This document shows, piece by piece, positions 23,636-38,826 of a stretch of 64,000 nt of DNA (its first letter is position 1; every line of letters begins with the position of its first letter). Origin of the DNA: Octopus vulgaris (taxonomy: Eukaryota); the NCBI GenBank assembly GCA_951406725.2, contig OX597836.1:32488001-32552000 (forward strand). The letters are read 5' to 3'. The notes under the pieces were generated by a model, which saw nothing but the letters and a program-made list of their open reading frames with translations, was not told the DNA's origin and searched no databases. The position numbers and the translations under genes were made by a program.

Positions 23636-25095
23636 TATCATCACAGCATCAACTCCCTGTAACTGTTAATTTATTAATTGTTTTACTTTTATTTTCATGG
23701 CTTCCCTCCACCCTCTCAACATGCATTTCGCACATTCTCCCATCCTACAGAGAAGACCAAGAATCTGAGTGATATTTTTTTTCATATCTTTTAATTATTT
23801 TTCTTTATGCATTATGCTCATTATGCATTATACTGCTGATTGTTTTTCCTCGTCAATAAAATATACTAAATTATTGATAGCTGATGTGCGCCACTCAAAA
23901 AGATGCATTTAACTAAATGGCAGATTAATAGATGCAATTAAACTAGTTTCAGACACATTATGGTTCTAAGAAACATAACACTATTAATAGACACAAAATG
24001 CATTGTATGACTAAAAGGTTCCATTATTCAACTATATTCAACTAACACAGCCACAATGACTATGATTCCGACAGAGATGCAGTCTATGGACTGAAATAGT
24101 TTCATGAGAAATTAACTCAATTTCTTTGTATTTATGATTAGGTGATATTTTATTGATGATATTGCTACTGTTAAACATATGGCGTAAAATTAGTTATTTC
24201 CATTGTTTAAGAAAATTTGTTGCATATAGGCGCAGGCATGGCTTTGTGGTAAGAAGTTTGCTTGCCAACCACATGGTTCTCGGTTCACTCCCTCTGTGTG
24301 GAACCTTGACTGAGTGTCTTCAGCTATAGCATCAGGCTGACCAATGCTTTGTGCATGGATTTGGTAGATGGAACTAAAAGAAGCCTGGTTTAGTGGTTAG
24401 GGTATGCAATACTTTATTGATAATATTGTCGCTGTTTAACACATGGCCTGAAATTAGTTACTTACATTGTTTAATAAAATTTGTTGGAAGGTTAAATGAA
24501 GATGATGATTAGCAATAATTAAAATGAGACTTGTTCATCCTCAAAATTTATTTCCTTTTATTTGACAATTTTATACAGATCAAGTCTCCATGTTCTATAT
24601 TGTTGTAATTATCGCTAATAGACATTGAATTGAAGCGAACACAGAATTAGCCATTGGAGGAATTTACGGAGTGATCAATAACTAATAGAAGTCATAGACA
24701 TTAAATACTGATCAATGTTGTTAGCCATAAACAGGAACATAAATGAGAGCCACCATGACATTTGTCTGGATGATATATCCCTCTTAACTCACACACATAT
24801 ATATATATATATATTTAAGTGCTAGATTTGTTCCTTGTAGTACATCAATAAAGCACATTCATTGCCTATGGCTACTTGGCGTCATCCACAGTAATTACAC
24901 ACAATTGTCGCTGGGTCTGCATCAGGAATTCCTCAGTGTACATTGAGTATAAGCAAATGATATAGATGGAAAATTCGGAAAGCTTTATTGCTCACAGCAA
25001 TAGTTGTAAGTAATAAAGTTTCCTGAGTATTCCATCGTCCGTCTTTATCATTTGTTTTATGTGTGTGTGAATGTGCACATGCGCATGTGTGCGTA

Positions 25096-25250
25096 TATCA
25101 GACATTATTATTGAGTTAGAAAACAGAGTGATCTAATGGATACAAATTAATTTATTAATTGATCAAAGTGGTGAATATGTTGATTAATTAATAAATTAAT
25201 TTGTAAACATTAGATCACTCTGTTTTCTAACTTGATAATGATGCTTGATA
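25096..25250. repeat. Inverted repeat, ~70-bp arms, short spacer
   Basis: AGTTAGAAAACAGAGTGATCTAATG..TACAAATTAATTTATTAATT versus its reverse complement AATTAATAAATTAATTTGTA..CATTAGATCACTCTGTTTTCTAACT. Confidence 0.9.
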
Positions 25251-26156
25251 TTTTATGATATTTCATTTAATATATTCATTGAAGAAATATCTCTCTAAAA
25301 TATAATATATTAAACCAGTGCATCTTGGATAAATATCCATATGAGAGGTTTAAATACCCTCCTTGTGACTACACACACACACACACATACACACACACAC
25401 ACACATACACACACACACACACACACATACACACACACACATATACATATATACATCCTGTGATCACCTGACCGACCAGACTATAATTTTATTATTATCA
25501 TTATTATATATTTGGCTTTTGCTTTGCTTTTGTACAAGGTGATTCCAAGTTTCATCAGAGACCTCAAGAGACAAGTTAGGAGTTCAAGTTGGTGTTATGA
25601 CTAGGGTGCCGTATTTTTGATCTTGCACAAAGTATTGTACTTGAAAATGTCTGTTGAAACATAGGAAAGTTACAAGATTGCTTTAAAAGTAATTTGATTA
25701 TAAGATGATAGCGTGATCTTTAGATGACAGTAAAAGGTGTTTATTATTATTATTATTATTACTGTTGTTATTATTTTTAGTAGTGCAGAAGTGGCTGTGT
25801 GGTAAGAAGCTTGCTTCCCAAACACATGGTTCTGGGTTCAGTTCCACTGCATGGCACCTTGGGCAAGTATCTTCTACTATAGCCTCCAAAGCCTTGTGAG
25901 TGGATTTGGTAGACGGAAACTGATAGAAGCCTGCGTGGGCGTGTGGGTGTGTATTTGTGTATGTGTCTGTGTTTCTCCTACTATTTCTTGACAACCAATG
26001 TTGGTGTATTTACATCCCCTTAACTTAACAATTTGGCAAAAGCGACCGATAGAATAAGTACCAGGTTTACAAAGAATAAGTCCTGGGGTCGATTTGTTCG
26101 TCTAAAGGCAGTGTTCCAGTATGGCTGCAGCCAAATGACTGAAACAAATAAAAGAA

Positions 26157-26204
<48 letters not shown>

Positions 26205-26614
26205 CAGTAGTAGTAGTATAAATATAATCGTCAGAATTGCAGCATACCCTTCTGTAGATACTCATGCAGCCAAGCCAAAAGAATACATACACACACACAG
26301 ATACATATACATTTGTGTGTGTACGTATGTATACATTTATACATGTGTGTGTGTATATATATATATATATACACACACACACATGCATACACATATATGC
26401 ATATGGCTTAACCGGCCAAAACTTCAAAGTCACTGTCAATAATATTCATGTTTATGAATAACAAATTTGTATTCTATAAAAGTATAGAGTAACCCATCAG
26501 TTTCAGGTAAAATTGTTTTTATTATAACTGAACATAAAAACACTTATGTATATATATACATACATACATACACACACATACAAATATATATATATACATA
26601 CACACACACAAATT

Positions 26615-26660
<46 letters not shown>

Positions 26661-26840
26661 CACACACACAAATTTATGTATATATATATATATATATATA
26701 CATACACACACACACACATACAGATACATATATACAGTTGCATGCTGGTTATAAAATCTCATTCGTTCCAAAACGTCCATAAATTCTAAACAATATATTT
26801 ATGTGTAAATGAAACGACAACAGTAGTAGTAGTAGTAGTA

Positions 26841-26885
<45 letters not shown>

Positions 26886-26942
26886 TAATAATAATAAAAA
26901 TAATAAAAATAATAATAATAAAAATAATAATAATAAAAATAA

Positions 26943-27026
<84 letters not shown>

Positions 27027-29346
27027 TAACGACTAAAAATTTAGAATATTGTCATGTTGTATTAAGATTATTGTTTTGGAACACAGTCTCGCAATAGAAC
27101 AAATAATCAGACAATCTTTCTCTGTGTTGCTGTAGATATTCAGTGATTAAACCGAATCATTTCCTTTATGGGAATAATATTTGGATATATGTATCTAGGA
27201 GAGGAAACCAGTAATGACAACATGATTTTTAATGGGATCTAGGAAAATAATTCCCAACACAGAAATCAAATTCATTCTGTTTGTTAATCGTTTATTTGAT
27301 GTATTAGCACAGTTGTTGTAGTTGCTGCTGCCGTTGCCATTGTCATCATTCATTGTATGCATGTATGTTGTGAATGTGCTTATACATATATATATATGCA
27401 TATATGTGTGTGTGTGTGTTTGTGTGTGTATATATATATATCACGTGACCGACCAGACCATCAAATGTTGCTACACATCGCTGGTCACAATGCGTTCGCA
27501 TTGTTTTAGCCTTCGAACGACGCCACCCCGCTGGCTAAGCAAGCAGGCCAACAGATGAAAGTGGGAGAAAGAGTGGTGAAAGAGTACAGCTGGAATCACC
27601 ACCCCCTGCCGGAGCCTCGTGGTGTTTTCAGTCAATAAACACTCACAATGCCCGGTCTGGGAATCGAAACCGCGATCCTGCGACCGCGAGTCCGCTGCCC
27701 TAACCACTAGGCCATTGTGCCTCCACATATATATATTTATATATATATATACACACTCTTTTACTCTTTTACTTGTTTCAGTCATTTGACTGCGGCCATG
27801 CTGGAGCACCACCTTTAGTCGAGCAAATCGACCCCGGGACTTATTCTTTGTAAGCCCAGTACTTATTCTATCAGTCTCTTTTTGCCAGACCGCTAAGTGA
27901 CGGGGGCGTAAACACACCAGCATCGGTTGTCAAGCGATGGTGGGTGGACAAACACAGACACATAAACATATACACACACACATACATATATATATATACA
28001 TATATACGACAGGCTTCTTTCAGTTTCCGTCTACCAAATCCACTCACAAGGCATTGGCCGGTCCGAGGCTAAAGCAGAAGACACTTGCCCAAGATGCCAC
28101 GTAGTGGGACTGAACCCAGAACCATGTGGTTGGTAAGCAAGCTACTTATGTATAAAATATATATATAAAAATACAAAACGGGACAAGAACGCAAAACATT
28201 CAAATAGACGACACAAAAACGGACGGGTCATTCGAAGCCTCTAATCTTTAGTCAAGAACCGGATCATCCTCGCAATTTCGGCTGATTAATCTTATGTACA
28301 CATACACACACACACATAGTAGTAGGTGTGTGGTAAGTAGCTTGCTTACCAACTACATGGTTCCAAGTTCAGTCCCACTGCATGGCACCTAGGGCAAGTG
28401 TCTTCTACTATAGCCTCGAGCCATGAAATAATTGCCTTGTACACTCTGTAATGTGGTTGGTGTTAGAAAGGGTATCCAGCTGCAGAAACCATGCCAAAGC
28501 AGACAGCTTAATGCAGTTCTCTCACTTTCCAGCTCCTGTTGAATTTCTCCAACCGTTATCAACATGTAAATTGAACTTTAAATGATGATGATGGTGCCAT
28601 GTAAGAAGCACCTGTGCTTGTGTCACACAAAAAGTACCTCTGATGGTGCCACATTAAAAAACACCTGTGCTGGCACTACATAAAAAACACAAGTGCTGGT
28701 ACCATGTAAAAAGGCCCCAATACATTTTGTAAAGTTGTTGGCATTAAGAAGAGCATCTGGCCTCAGAGACCATGCCAAACAGATAATTGGAGCCTGATGC
28801 AGCTCTCAGGTTGACCAGCCCCGATCAAAATCTTCAAACTATGCCAGCATGGATGATGGACATTAAATAATGATGATGATGAAAATGTGTGTGCTTGTGC
28901 GTGTGTAAATATGAATGTATGTTTATGTCTATATATATCCATATATCTGTTCATATATACACACACATACACAGGAACATATCTGTTCATATATACACAC
29001 ACATACACATACACACACATCTTTCTCTATCCACAGGGAGGCAAAGTGGCTGAGTTCCTTTCAAGTGTTGGGCCTCACAGAAACAATGACCAAGGCCTTT
29101 GGCATTATGTCGTGCTTGAGAAGAAGACCCATCAAGATACCGGTGTCATGAAAATTGGCACCCATGCTGGTGGCACGTAAAAGCACCCATTCCACTCTCA
29201 GAGTGGTTGGCATTAAGAAGGGCAACCAGCTTTAGAAAACTATGCCAAACTAGACTGAAACCTGGTGCACCCTTCCAGCATGCCAGCCCAATCAAACCAT
29301 CCAGCCCTTGCTAGCATGGACAACGGCCGTAAAATGATGATGTTGA

Positions 29347-29388
<42 letters not shown>

Positions 29389-30044
29389 TGTCTGTCTGTC
29401 TGTGTATTTACATATAGATATATGTATATATATAGAGAGAGATGTATGGTGATATATTTAATTAAGAAATGTGACATCAACTGCAGTTTGGTGTCAGAAA
29501 GCAACTCAAGCAACATGTCAGGAATTTAATGAGAATCAGTGATGGTAAATAAGCAGTGAAGCTGTGTGACCTGGATTGATTGGCTGGCTGGTTGGTTGGT
29601 TGGTAGCCAATGATTTTGTGTGAGAGCAATTGAAGAGGAAGAAGACATGGTTAAGATTTGAAGTGAACTTCTGGAGGGTGAAGATGGAAAATAATGAGGT
29701 AGAACAAGAAAATTTAGAAGGAGAGATTTTTGTAGAGGGACAGAAAGATGTGGGCTATTTTATTTACCTCTCAAGGAACAGCTATCAAAAAAATAGTGAT
29801 CCTCATCATCATCACCATCATCATCATCATTCAACATCCATTTTCCATGCTGACATGGATCAGATGGTCTGACCAGAGCTGGAGAGCTGCACTAGATTTT
29901 GAGTTTGATTTGGTTTGGTTTCTATGGCTGGATGCCCTCTCAAACACCAACCATTTTACAGAGTGCTCTGGGTGCTTTTTTTTTTATGTGACACCGGCAC
30001 AGGTGCTTTTAGATGGTGCCAGCATGAGCAGAATTATGTGGTAC

Positions 30045-30222
30045 CGGTGAGTCTAGGACATCTAGCCCCCAATGAAAATAACACCCTCAAGGACAATTAC
30101 CCCTGAGAACAATAGATGATGTTTTAAAACTTCTTAATATATTGGAGAAGAGGTAATTGTCCTAGCGGGTAGTTGTCATTGGGGGGAATTGTCCTATGGG
30201 TGGATAATTGTCCAGACACACG
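30045..30222. mobile_element. Short MITE-like element with GGACAATTACCCC-type subterminal repeats in opposite orientations
   Basis: Left half GGACATCTAGCCCC/GGACAATTACCCC, right half GGTAATTGTCC/GGGGAATTGTCC/ATAATTGTCC. Flanked by GTAC and interrupts a SINE. Confidence 0.55.
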
Positions 30223-30829
30223 TACCAGCATGGGTGCTTTCTGTGTAGCACTAGCATAGGGTACTTGCAGGCCCTCTTCTTCAGCAGAAGGAGTGGCATT
30301 AACACTTCCAATGCAGAGAATGCGGACAGTAATTACACAAAGAAATATATATATATTCATATTGTAGTATACTCTCATTTGCTTGTTCATGCTCATATGC
30401 ATCGCTCACTGATAGCTGCTGCTCTATTCATTCATCCTTTCGCATGCTTTGTGTCCTCAACTCCTCATTGGTATATTGTAGTATATCATCATCATCATCA
30501 TCATCATCATTTAATGTCCGTTGTCCATGCTGGCATGGGTTGAACAGCTTGACCAGGGCTGGCAAGCTGGAAGGCTGCACCAGACTCCAGTCTGATCTGG
30601 CATGGTTTCTACGCCAATCACTCCGAGAGTGTATTGGGTACTTCTACGTGCCACCGGCATGGGTGCCATTTGCGTTATACTGCTATCTGGCATGACTGTG
30701 ATTTTGCTCTGCTTGATGGGTCTTCTTCTCAAGCACAGCATAATGCCAAAGGTCTCAGTCATTGTCTCCATGAGGCCCAACACTCAAAACGAACTCAGCC
30801 ATATGTGTGTGTGTGTGTGTGTGTGTGTA

Positions 30830-30867
<38 letters not shown>

Positions 30868-31158
30868 CATATATATATATATATATACACACACATATAT
30901 ATATATATATATATGTATGTATATATATATATGCATATATGGGGGGAGAGAGAGAGAGTAAAAAAAGAGAAAGAAGGAGAACAAGAAAAGAGATATTTCT
31001 GCACTCTTGTCTTTTCTATATATAATCTGTGTTCCAGATATTTTGGAAAACAATTTGATTTCTATTCGTGGACCTGACTTTCAAACAATTAAAGAACACA
31101 TGGGGTTTTAAACATTGGTTATCTACTGTATCCTATGTGCTGCACAGGTATATATATG

Positions 31159-31238
<80 letters not shown>

Positions 31239-31396
31239 TAGATAGATAGATAGATAGTATGTGCATGTATCTATGTATCTTTCTCTGTCTCTTTTTATAT
31301 ATACATGTATATATATATAAAAATATACATGTATATATAAAAAGAAACAGAGAAAAATAGATAGATAGACAGATAGAAAGATGATTACATAGATAC

Positions 31397-31444
<48 letters not shown>

Positions 31445-31755
31445 TCATATGTATATGTATATATACACACACATATATATGTACACACTCGCATAAATAT
31501 ATATCTTCATGCATTTCGGCTTAAGCAGTATCAAACTTGTGTAAATAACTGCTTAATTTTTGTTCTGCCTCTCTTTCTCTCTCTCTGCCCATCTTTCTCT
31601 CACTCTCTCCCTCCTCTCTTCATCTCTCCTCATCCACCTCTCTCAAAGTCATAGTTAGGATATTGGTGGTGGCAGGGGTGGCTATTGATATATTTTCTCT
31701 TCATAAGGTATTAGAATAGAATTTCTATGAACATAGATACTGTATATTGAATGAA

Positions 31756-31803
<48 letters not shown>

Positions 31804-32852
31804 TATAAAGATATATAAAGATATCTACATATTTTTTTTACTATGTTTTCTCCTGAAAGAATTTACATACATGGGGCAATGGAAAAATGAAAAAGAGAGA
31901 GAATATATTCTGACGAATTAACCTATTGATTTTCACATCAAAAGACAATCAACTATTGTTTATTGTTTCTAGATGTCTTTCTTATACCTTTTGAGGCTTT
32001 GTTGTCATGGAACATGACTTCCCGGTGGTAACGGTGCGGATGGAGAAAGGGTATCTTCAAAGCAGTATCTTTACATATGTGTGAAATGCATGTGTCACTA
32101 TCATCATCATCATCGTCGTCTTCATCATCATCATCATCAACGCTTTATCATCATCATTGCCATTATTATCATCATTATTGTCGTTGTTATTGTTGTTGTT
32201 GCGCCGTTGTTGTCATCACCATCACCATGGCCATCATCATTTTCATCATCCTTATCATCGTAGTCATCTTCATCCTAATCATCAGCATCATCATGAGCAG
32301 CAGCATCATCTTCAAAAGCATATTTTTACATACGTGTGAATTCGTATCATCATCATAATCATCATCATCACCATCATCAACACCATCATCACCATCACCA
32401 TCACCATCATCACCATCATCATCATCATCATCTTCAAAGCGTATTATTACATATGAATTAAGCTGCACACTTGGCAAAACTTGGAAATCGGTGTCAATAA
32501 AGTGAAAGTATATATTAGATTTTTCACACTTCTATTGTCTCCTTTATTCAGTCAATGTTTATTGGTTTTTATGGAAAACACACATACACACACACATCTG
32601 TGCATGTTTGACTGGATGGATGAATGTATGAATGTACACTCATTATTTCAGAAAATGAGTTTGATAAAGAAACACCATTTGCACAAGACTTTTAGGCATG
32701 AGGAAATAATCCAGTTCTACTAAAGTAGAACAATGAATATAATGAGTTCTTGCAGGATGAACTGCTACTTCTCGGCATTGATGGGGGTCACTGCTTCAGT
32801 TCTACTGAGATGCAGTAAGAATGTTACAGGAAAGAATTTCAAGGAGGATTCT

Positions 32853-33060
32853 TCAAGCTGAGTCAACCAGGAGGTGACACAGCGGGTAGATCAAGAATGA
32901 GATGGTTGGATGACATCTGTAATCTAAGTTGGTCAAGCTTGGGATTCTACATGGAAAGCTTAATGACAATTGCTTCTGATAGGACCCTATGGAGGAGGTA
33001 CCTGAGGTCTCTCGCCACCCCACACCCCATGATCCTCCTAGGAATAGTGAGAAGAGAAAT
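32853..33060 (+). mobile_element. RTE-clade LINE 3' fragment
   Basis: Encodes ..RWLDDICNLSWSSLG...IASDRTLWRRYLRSL; same family as 58540-58880 (-). Confidence 0.7.
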
Positions 33061-33229
33061 GAAGAGAAATTGGATGAATTGATGGAAGGATGGATACATG
33101 TATTTATATCATACACAACTGTATACTTATATAAAATATAGACATAAATATTCATAAACATATGCATTATATATATATATATATATATATATACATACTC
33201 AAAATAAACAACAAGGATGTTCAAAGGTA

Positions 33230-33293
33230 ATGCAGTACGATCGTTTCAAGTATTACATCAAGTTTTAAAATGTAGCGCAATCTTCAGCTGCAT
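33230..33293 (-). ncRNA. Minimal type-I hammerhead ribozyme motif
   Basis: Minus strand: ATGCAG CTGAAGA TTGCGCTACAT..ATGTAATACTT GAAAC GATC GTA CTGCAT. 6-bp stem I, intact core, palindromic stem III ACGATCGT, GUA triplet; base of stem II imperfect. Adjacent to (TA)n. Homologous 3' half at 15237-15258 (+). Confidence 0.65.
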
Positions 33294-36200
33294 ATAAATA
33301 TAGAATTTAGTTAAATTGAAAAGATTCATTTTTATACTTATTCCATTTAGCAACATCACTAATTACTACCATGTTTCTGTTGATGAAACGTGTTTCTCTG
33401 AGAAACTGGCCCTTGTGAGTTGACACGACTCGAGAAGGTAGCGTTATCTTTACCTGTACCAAGTCTGTTTACATGTGACTGAGGACCACTACAACTTCAA
33501 ACATTCAGAGCTGGCTCACCCTCCCCCAGGCGAATGCCAGCACAAGTACAAATACGCGGAAACCACATAACTGGCTTTTTGAGTGCTAGGACACAAAACG
33601 GCACTTAACTTACTTCATTATTTTTATCAGTTTCAATCTTTAACAGTAGAGAAGAGACACAATGGCCAAGAGAGTCCTAACTATATGAAATGAGGAGATA
33701 ATACCTATATCAATATGCTGCAAAAATCTAGACGTGTCCACAACAAATAATTCCTGCAACAAGATGAGAGGGTCACAGCTGTAATGCAGTTGTTTATAGA
33801 TTTATTTGATCAAAACTGACTTCAAGATAAACAACTGCATTAATCATTTTCCCCCCAGTAAGTCCATCTCTGCCAAATTCTCTTCTAGTGTTTTTCCCTG
33901 CAGACGTTGACTTAGAGTTGCCTAAGTTGAACATTAACCTGAGAGTGGCTACAAAGGCCTTGGGCACTCTCCCTCTTCAAAGAATTTCATACAAAAAGAA
34001 AATTACTTTGATTTCTTGACCTGACACAGTTTTATTGATAGAATAACTTTGTACAGAACTAGTTTGCTGTTATCACCAAAAATAGATGTAACCTTAGCTT
34101 AATCGATGATTTATCATCTTATCCTCTTAGTAAAAAAGACATTTTTATGAGCCATTTTTACAAGCCGAGTTTTTAAAAGGTCAAGAAGACTCAAACGGCT
34201 TCTTGACCTTCTAAAAAATAGCAGCCAAATCTCCTCAAACTACACTTTTACTTTCTTAAAAACTGACACATTCAGTAAAGATTGGCGGAATGATTAACAC
34301 GTCAAACAAAAATCTTTTGTGGAATTTAGCTCCAGCCCTTTACAGTCTAAGATCAAATCCAGCTAAGATCAACTTCACCTGTTATACTTTTTTATCAATG
34401 AAATAGAGTGCAATCAAATACTGAGATTGATTTAATTGACAGCCCCTCTTCTGATTGGGAAGTGGGGGATGTTGGCCTGTTTGCCTAGCCAGTAGGGTGG
34501 TATCATTTGAATGCTAAAACAATGCAAAAAAACACATTGTGACCAGTGATGTGTAACAACATCAGACAGCCTGGTTGGTCAGATGATCAAGTGATCTCAT
34601 AGTAGTGTCTATGAAGTAAGAGTCTAGCACTAAGAATCTCAAACAAACCTACTTGGTGCTGCTTCTGCAGTGAGGATGGATGAGGGTGCAATCTTCAGCA
34701 TCCACAGCATTTTGGTGATGAGCAGAAAGTTCAGATAACTAACTGGCACTCTGTCAGTTATGGTGACATGGCTTCCTGTTGATCCAATCAATAGAGCAGT
34801 CTGCTTGTGAAATTAACGTACAAGTGGCTGAGTACTCCACAGGCATGCATACCCTTAAAGTAGTTGTCAGAGAGATTCAGCATGACACATTGAATGCAGT
34901 AAGGCTGGCCCTTTGAAATACAGGTACTACTTAATTTTGCCAGCTGAGCAGACTAGAGCAACAGGAAATGAAATGCCTTGCTCAAGGACACAATTCACCA
35001 CCAGAACTTATTTTATCAAGCCTGAAAGGATTTAAGGCAAAGTTGACCTCAGTGGAATTTGAACTCAGAATGCAAAGCTGGACTAAATGTCACTAACCAT
35101 TTTGTTTGACATGCTAACAATTCTGCCAGCATCCCACATTAAGTGAAGAATATATTCTACAGTAGCACTGAAAAAGCAAAATATATACGTGTTTGTGTGT
35201 GTGTGAAGGCACATGGCCCAGTGGTTAGAGCGTCAGGCTCACAATCATGAGGTAGTGAGTTCAATTACTGAACCGGGTTGTGTGTTGTGTTTTTGAGCAA
35301 GACACTTTATTTCATGTTGCTCCAGTTCACTCATCTGTAGAAATGAGTTGCAACATCCTTTCTTTGGATAACATCTGTGGTGTGGAGCAGGGAGGCCAGT
35401 ATGCATGGACAACTGCTGGTCTCCCATAAAAGACAACCTTGCCTGGACTTGTGCCTCAGAGGGTAACTTTCGAGGTGCAATCCCATGGTCATTCAGGACT
35501 AAAGGGGGTCTTTACCATCATCATCATCATCATTTAACATCCACCTTCCATGCTGGCATGGGTTGAATGGTTTGACTGAGGATTGGCAACCCAGAAAGCT
35601 GTATCAGGCTCCAATCTGATCTGGCTAAGTTTCTATAGCTGGATGCCCTTCCTAATGCCAACCACTCCAAGAGTGTAGTAGGGGCTTTTTACGTGCCACT
35701 GGCACAGATGCCAGTCAGGTGGCACTGGCATCAGCATGACAATGATTTCACATGATTCAATATATATATATATAGGCTAAGAAGCTAACTTTGTACAGTT
35801 TCAGGTTCAGTCCCATTGTGTGGTATCTTGGGTAAGCCTCTTCTACTATAGCTGATCAATACCTTATATAGCTGATCAATATAGCTGATCAATATTGGCT
35901 GATCAATACCTTATGAGTGAATTTGGTAGATGGAAACTGTGTGGAAGCCCATCTTATATATAGGTATATATGTGTGTGTCTCCCCACCACCACTTGAAAA
36001 CCAATGTGTGTATGTGTTTATAGAAAGAAAGTGAAAAAGAGAGAGAAGAGTAACATGCAGACACACGAACACACACACATGTACATGTGCACACACATGC
36101 GCATAAGTGCATATGCATTTGTCTGTAAGTAATGTTGTGCAATGATATTTGGGCAGATGCATGCATGTGTAGCTGTAAGATCAGATATAGGCTAATACAG

Positions 36201-36609
36201 TTTATATACTCAATAGTTTCTCAAAACAGTTTATAAGCTATTTGTCAACCTCCAGTAATAGTTGTTTCATGTTAGACAATTGAGTTAATAGAAAACTATT
36301 ACATACATACATACATACCTATATATGTATATATATATATATATATCGATTTATTTATATTTATATAATAATATAATGTTATATATATATAATGTTTCTT
36401 ATTGCACAGTCTCACGGAAGATAGTCTATATATGTACATACGGGTGTATGAGTGTGTATGTATATACACACATATATATATATATATATATATATGCGTT
36501 TATGTAAATATGTATCTATATATATATGTGTGTGTGTGCATGTATGCATGTATGTATCTACCTATCTATATATATATAGACACACATACACATATATGTA
36601 TATCTGTGA

Positions 36610-36641
<32 letters not shown>

Positions 36642-36726
36642 TTTGTGTGTCTGTGTGTATATGTGTATGTATACATACATATATATATATACACCTATAT
36701 ATATACACACATAAATACATACACAC

Positions 36727-36764
<38 letters not shown>

Positions 36765-36773
36765 GTATGTATA

Positions 36774-36821
<48 letters not shown>

Positions 36822-37259
36822 CATATATACATACATACATATATATATGTATGTATGTATGTGTATATAAACATATATATAACTTCAAAATCATTTAGTC
36901 TAAGCAGTGCATTCAAGCTGTAACATATAGCTTGTTTATACACCGATGTAAAGTTTAGGCAAAGTGTTTAGTGATTAATGGAAGTTCACATGCAATGCAA
37001 ACCTGTTTGTCTCTGAAGCTGTGTCGCCCAGTATTTATATGTCTATTGATGAAACATACATCAGAGAGAGGCATCTCTGTGTAGCTGGTGTAAAATGTCA
37101 TATAATAAGGCTATAATTATATGGAAGTGGTAGCTTGGTCGGAACAAAAACATCTGAAAGTATTAAATAAACAAATCAACTAACTAACATAGAGATACAC
37201 ACACCTATATGTGTATGTGTTTGTGCGTATTACATATATATGTATATTATATATATGTG

Positions 37260-37292
<33 letters not shown>

Positions 37293-37491
37293 ATAAATAT
37301 ATATATATTCTCTTTTATTCTTTTACTTGTTTCAGTCATTTGACTGTGGCCATGCTGCAGCACCACACTTAGTTGAACAAATCAACTCACCATACTTATT
37401 CTTTGCAAGCCTAGTAGTTATTCTATTGATCTCTTTTGCCGACATATTTAGATTATTAAAACATCGATAATAGGGCCTTTCCAATGGATCC

Positions 37492-38193
37492 TTCTATCTA
37501 CTACATATTACTAATAATTTATTTAAAGAGCCCAAGGGAAATAACCCATACCACCTGCAGATTTAGTGAAGTGATCAATATTTGATTCTCATGATCAACC
37601 GACGTAATTCTGCATTTCACTACTCACAGTTTTGAACTGCTAAACATTATTATTGCACTTCCTTAATTTGAATCTTAAACATTAAAGACTTCATTCATAC
37701 ATTTCTATACATGCATACTTTTCTGAATGCCTATTACTCTAATAGTTCTGTGTTTTTACAGTTACACTTTTTCCATGACAATAGATAAATTTTTATTCCA
37801 CAATGTATTTGTAGTAGCTTCATGCAGGCATAGTGTGGATTCGATCCTCAATTGCCAAATTTCACTTAACACTTCAATAGCTCTTTTCTGACGGAAAAAC
37901 AATGGTTTTTCTGTGAAGGACAGCTGTTATACATTTCCCAGATGCTTTTGTTAAACAGAATAATGTCTTTGCCTCTCACCAACCTCCGACAATCTTTCTC
38001 TCTAACCTCCGGAAACCTCTTTCACCAACCTCTAACAATCTCTCCTACCTCCAGCTGACAGTTTTTTGTACTTTTTGTGACGGAAAATACACCTTTTGTG
38101 GCAGTTATAACAAAATTGCTTTCTTATATCAGAGTAATAAGGCATTTCAATAGAACATCTTTACCCCCAGGAATTACCGGGTACACCAGCTAG
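37492..38193 (+). mobile_element. Possible non-autonomous Helitron remnant
   Basis: 3' end ACCCCCAGGAATTACCGGGTACACCAGCTAG|T (hairpin-like + CTAG before T). TCTATCTACTACATATTACTAATAA resembles a Helitron 5' start. Boundaries uncertain. Confidence 0.4.
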
Positions 38194-38415
38194 TGTATAC
38201 GTATGTATACATTTATATGTATGAGTAATACAGTCTGTAGCAAACATAGTTTTCTATATTTTGTCACAGCCTGCTTCCTTCCTTTATAAGTGTGTCTGTT
38301 TATATATCTATATATATATGTATATTAAAACACACATGTGTCTGTAATTCTATTTTCTATGTATCTTTCTGAATAAACATACACAAACATATACACTCAC
38401 TCAAATATATAAATA

Positions 38416-38452
<37 letters not shown>

Positions 38453-38763
38453 TTCACATTCCTCCTTTTTACATGCACATGCATATTCTCACACAGAGTT
38501 GAAGCACTGTTTGATTTTTGTTTCACCATCCCGCTTCCATCAGTGGATCACCCCTTCCTTTCTCATTCATATGTTGTGATGGAGAAACACACAAGAGTAT
38601 TATTATAGTAGAATATACACGACACTCTCTTTTCCACTTCCTCTCTCTCATTGCTATTACTTTCTCTCACTCCCTCTCAATCATGGCCATTACTCTCACT
38701 ACTTCTCCTTCACTGAATGGCTATTTTCTCTCCTCTCACTTCACTCCTACTGTGTTATTTTGG

Positions 38764-38826
<63 letters not shown>

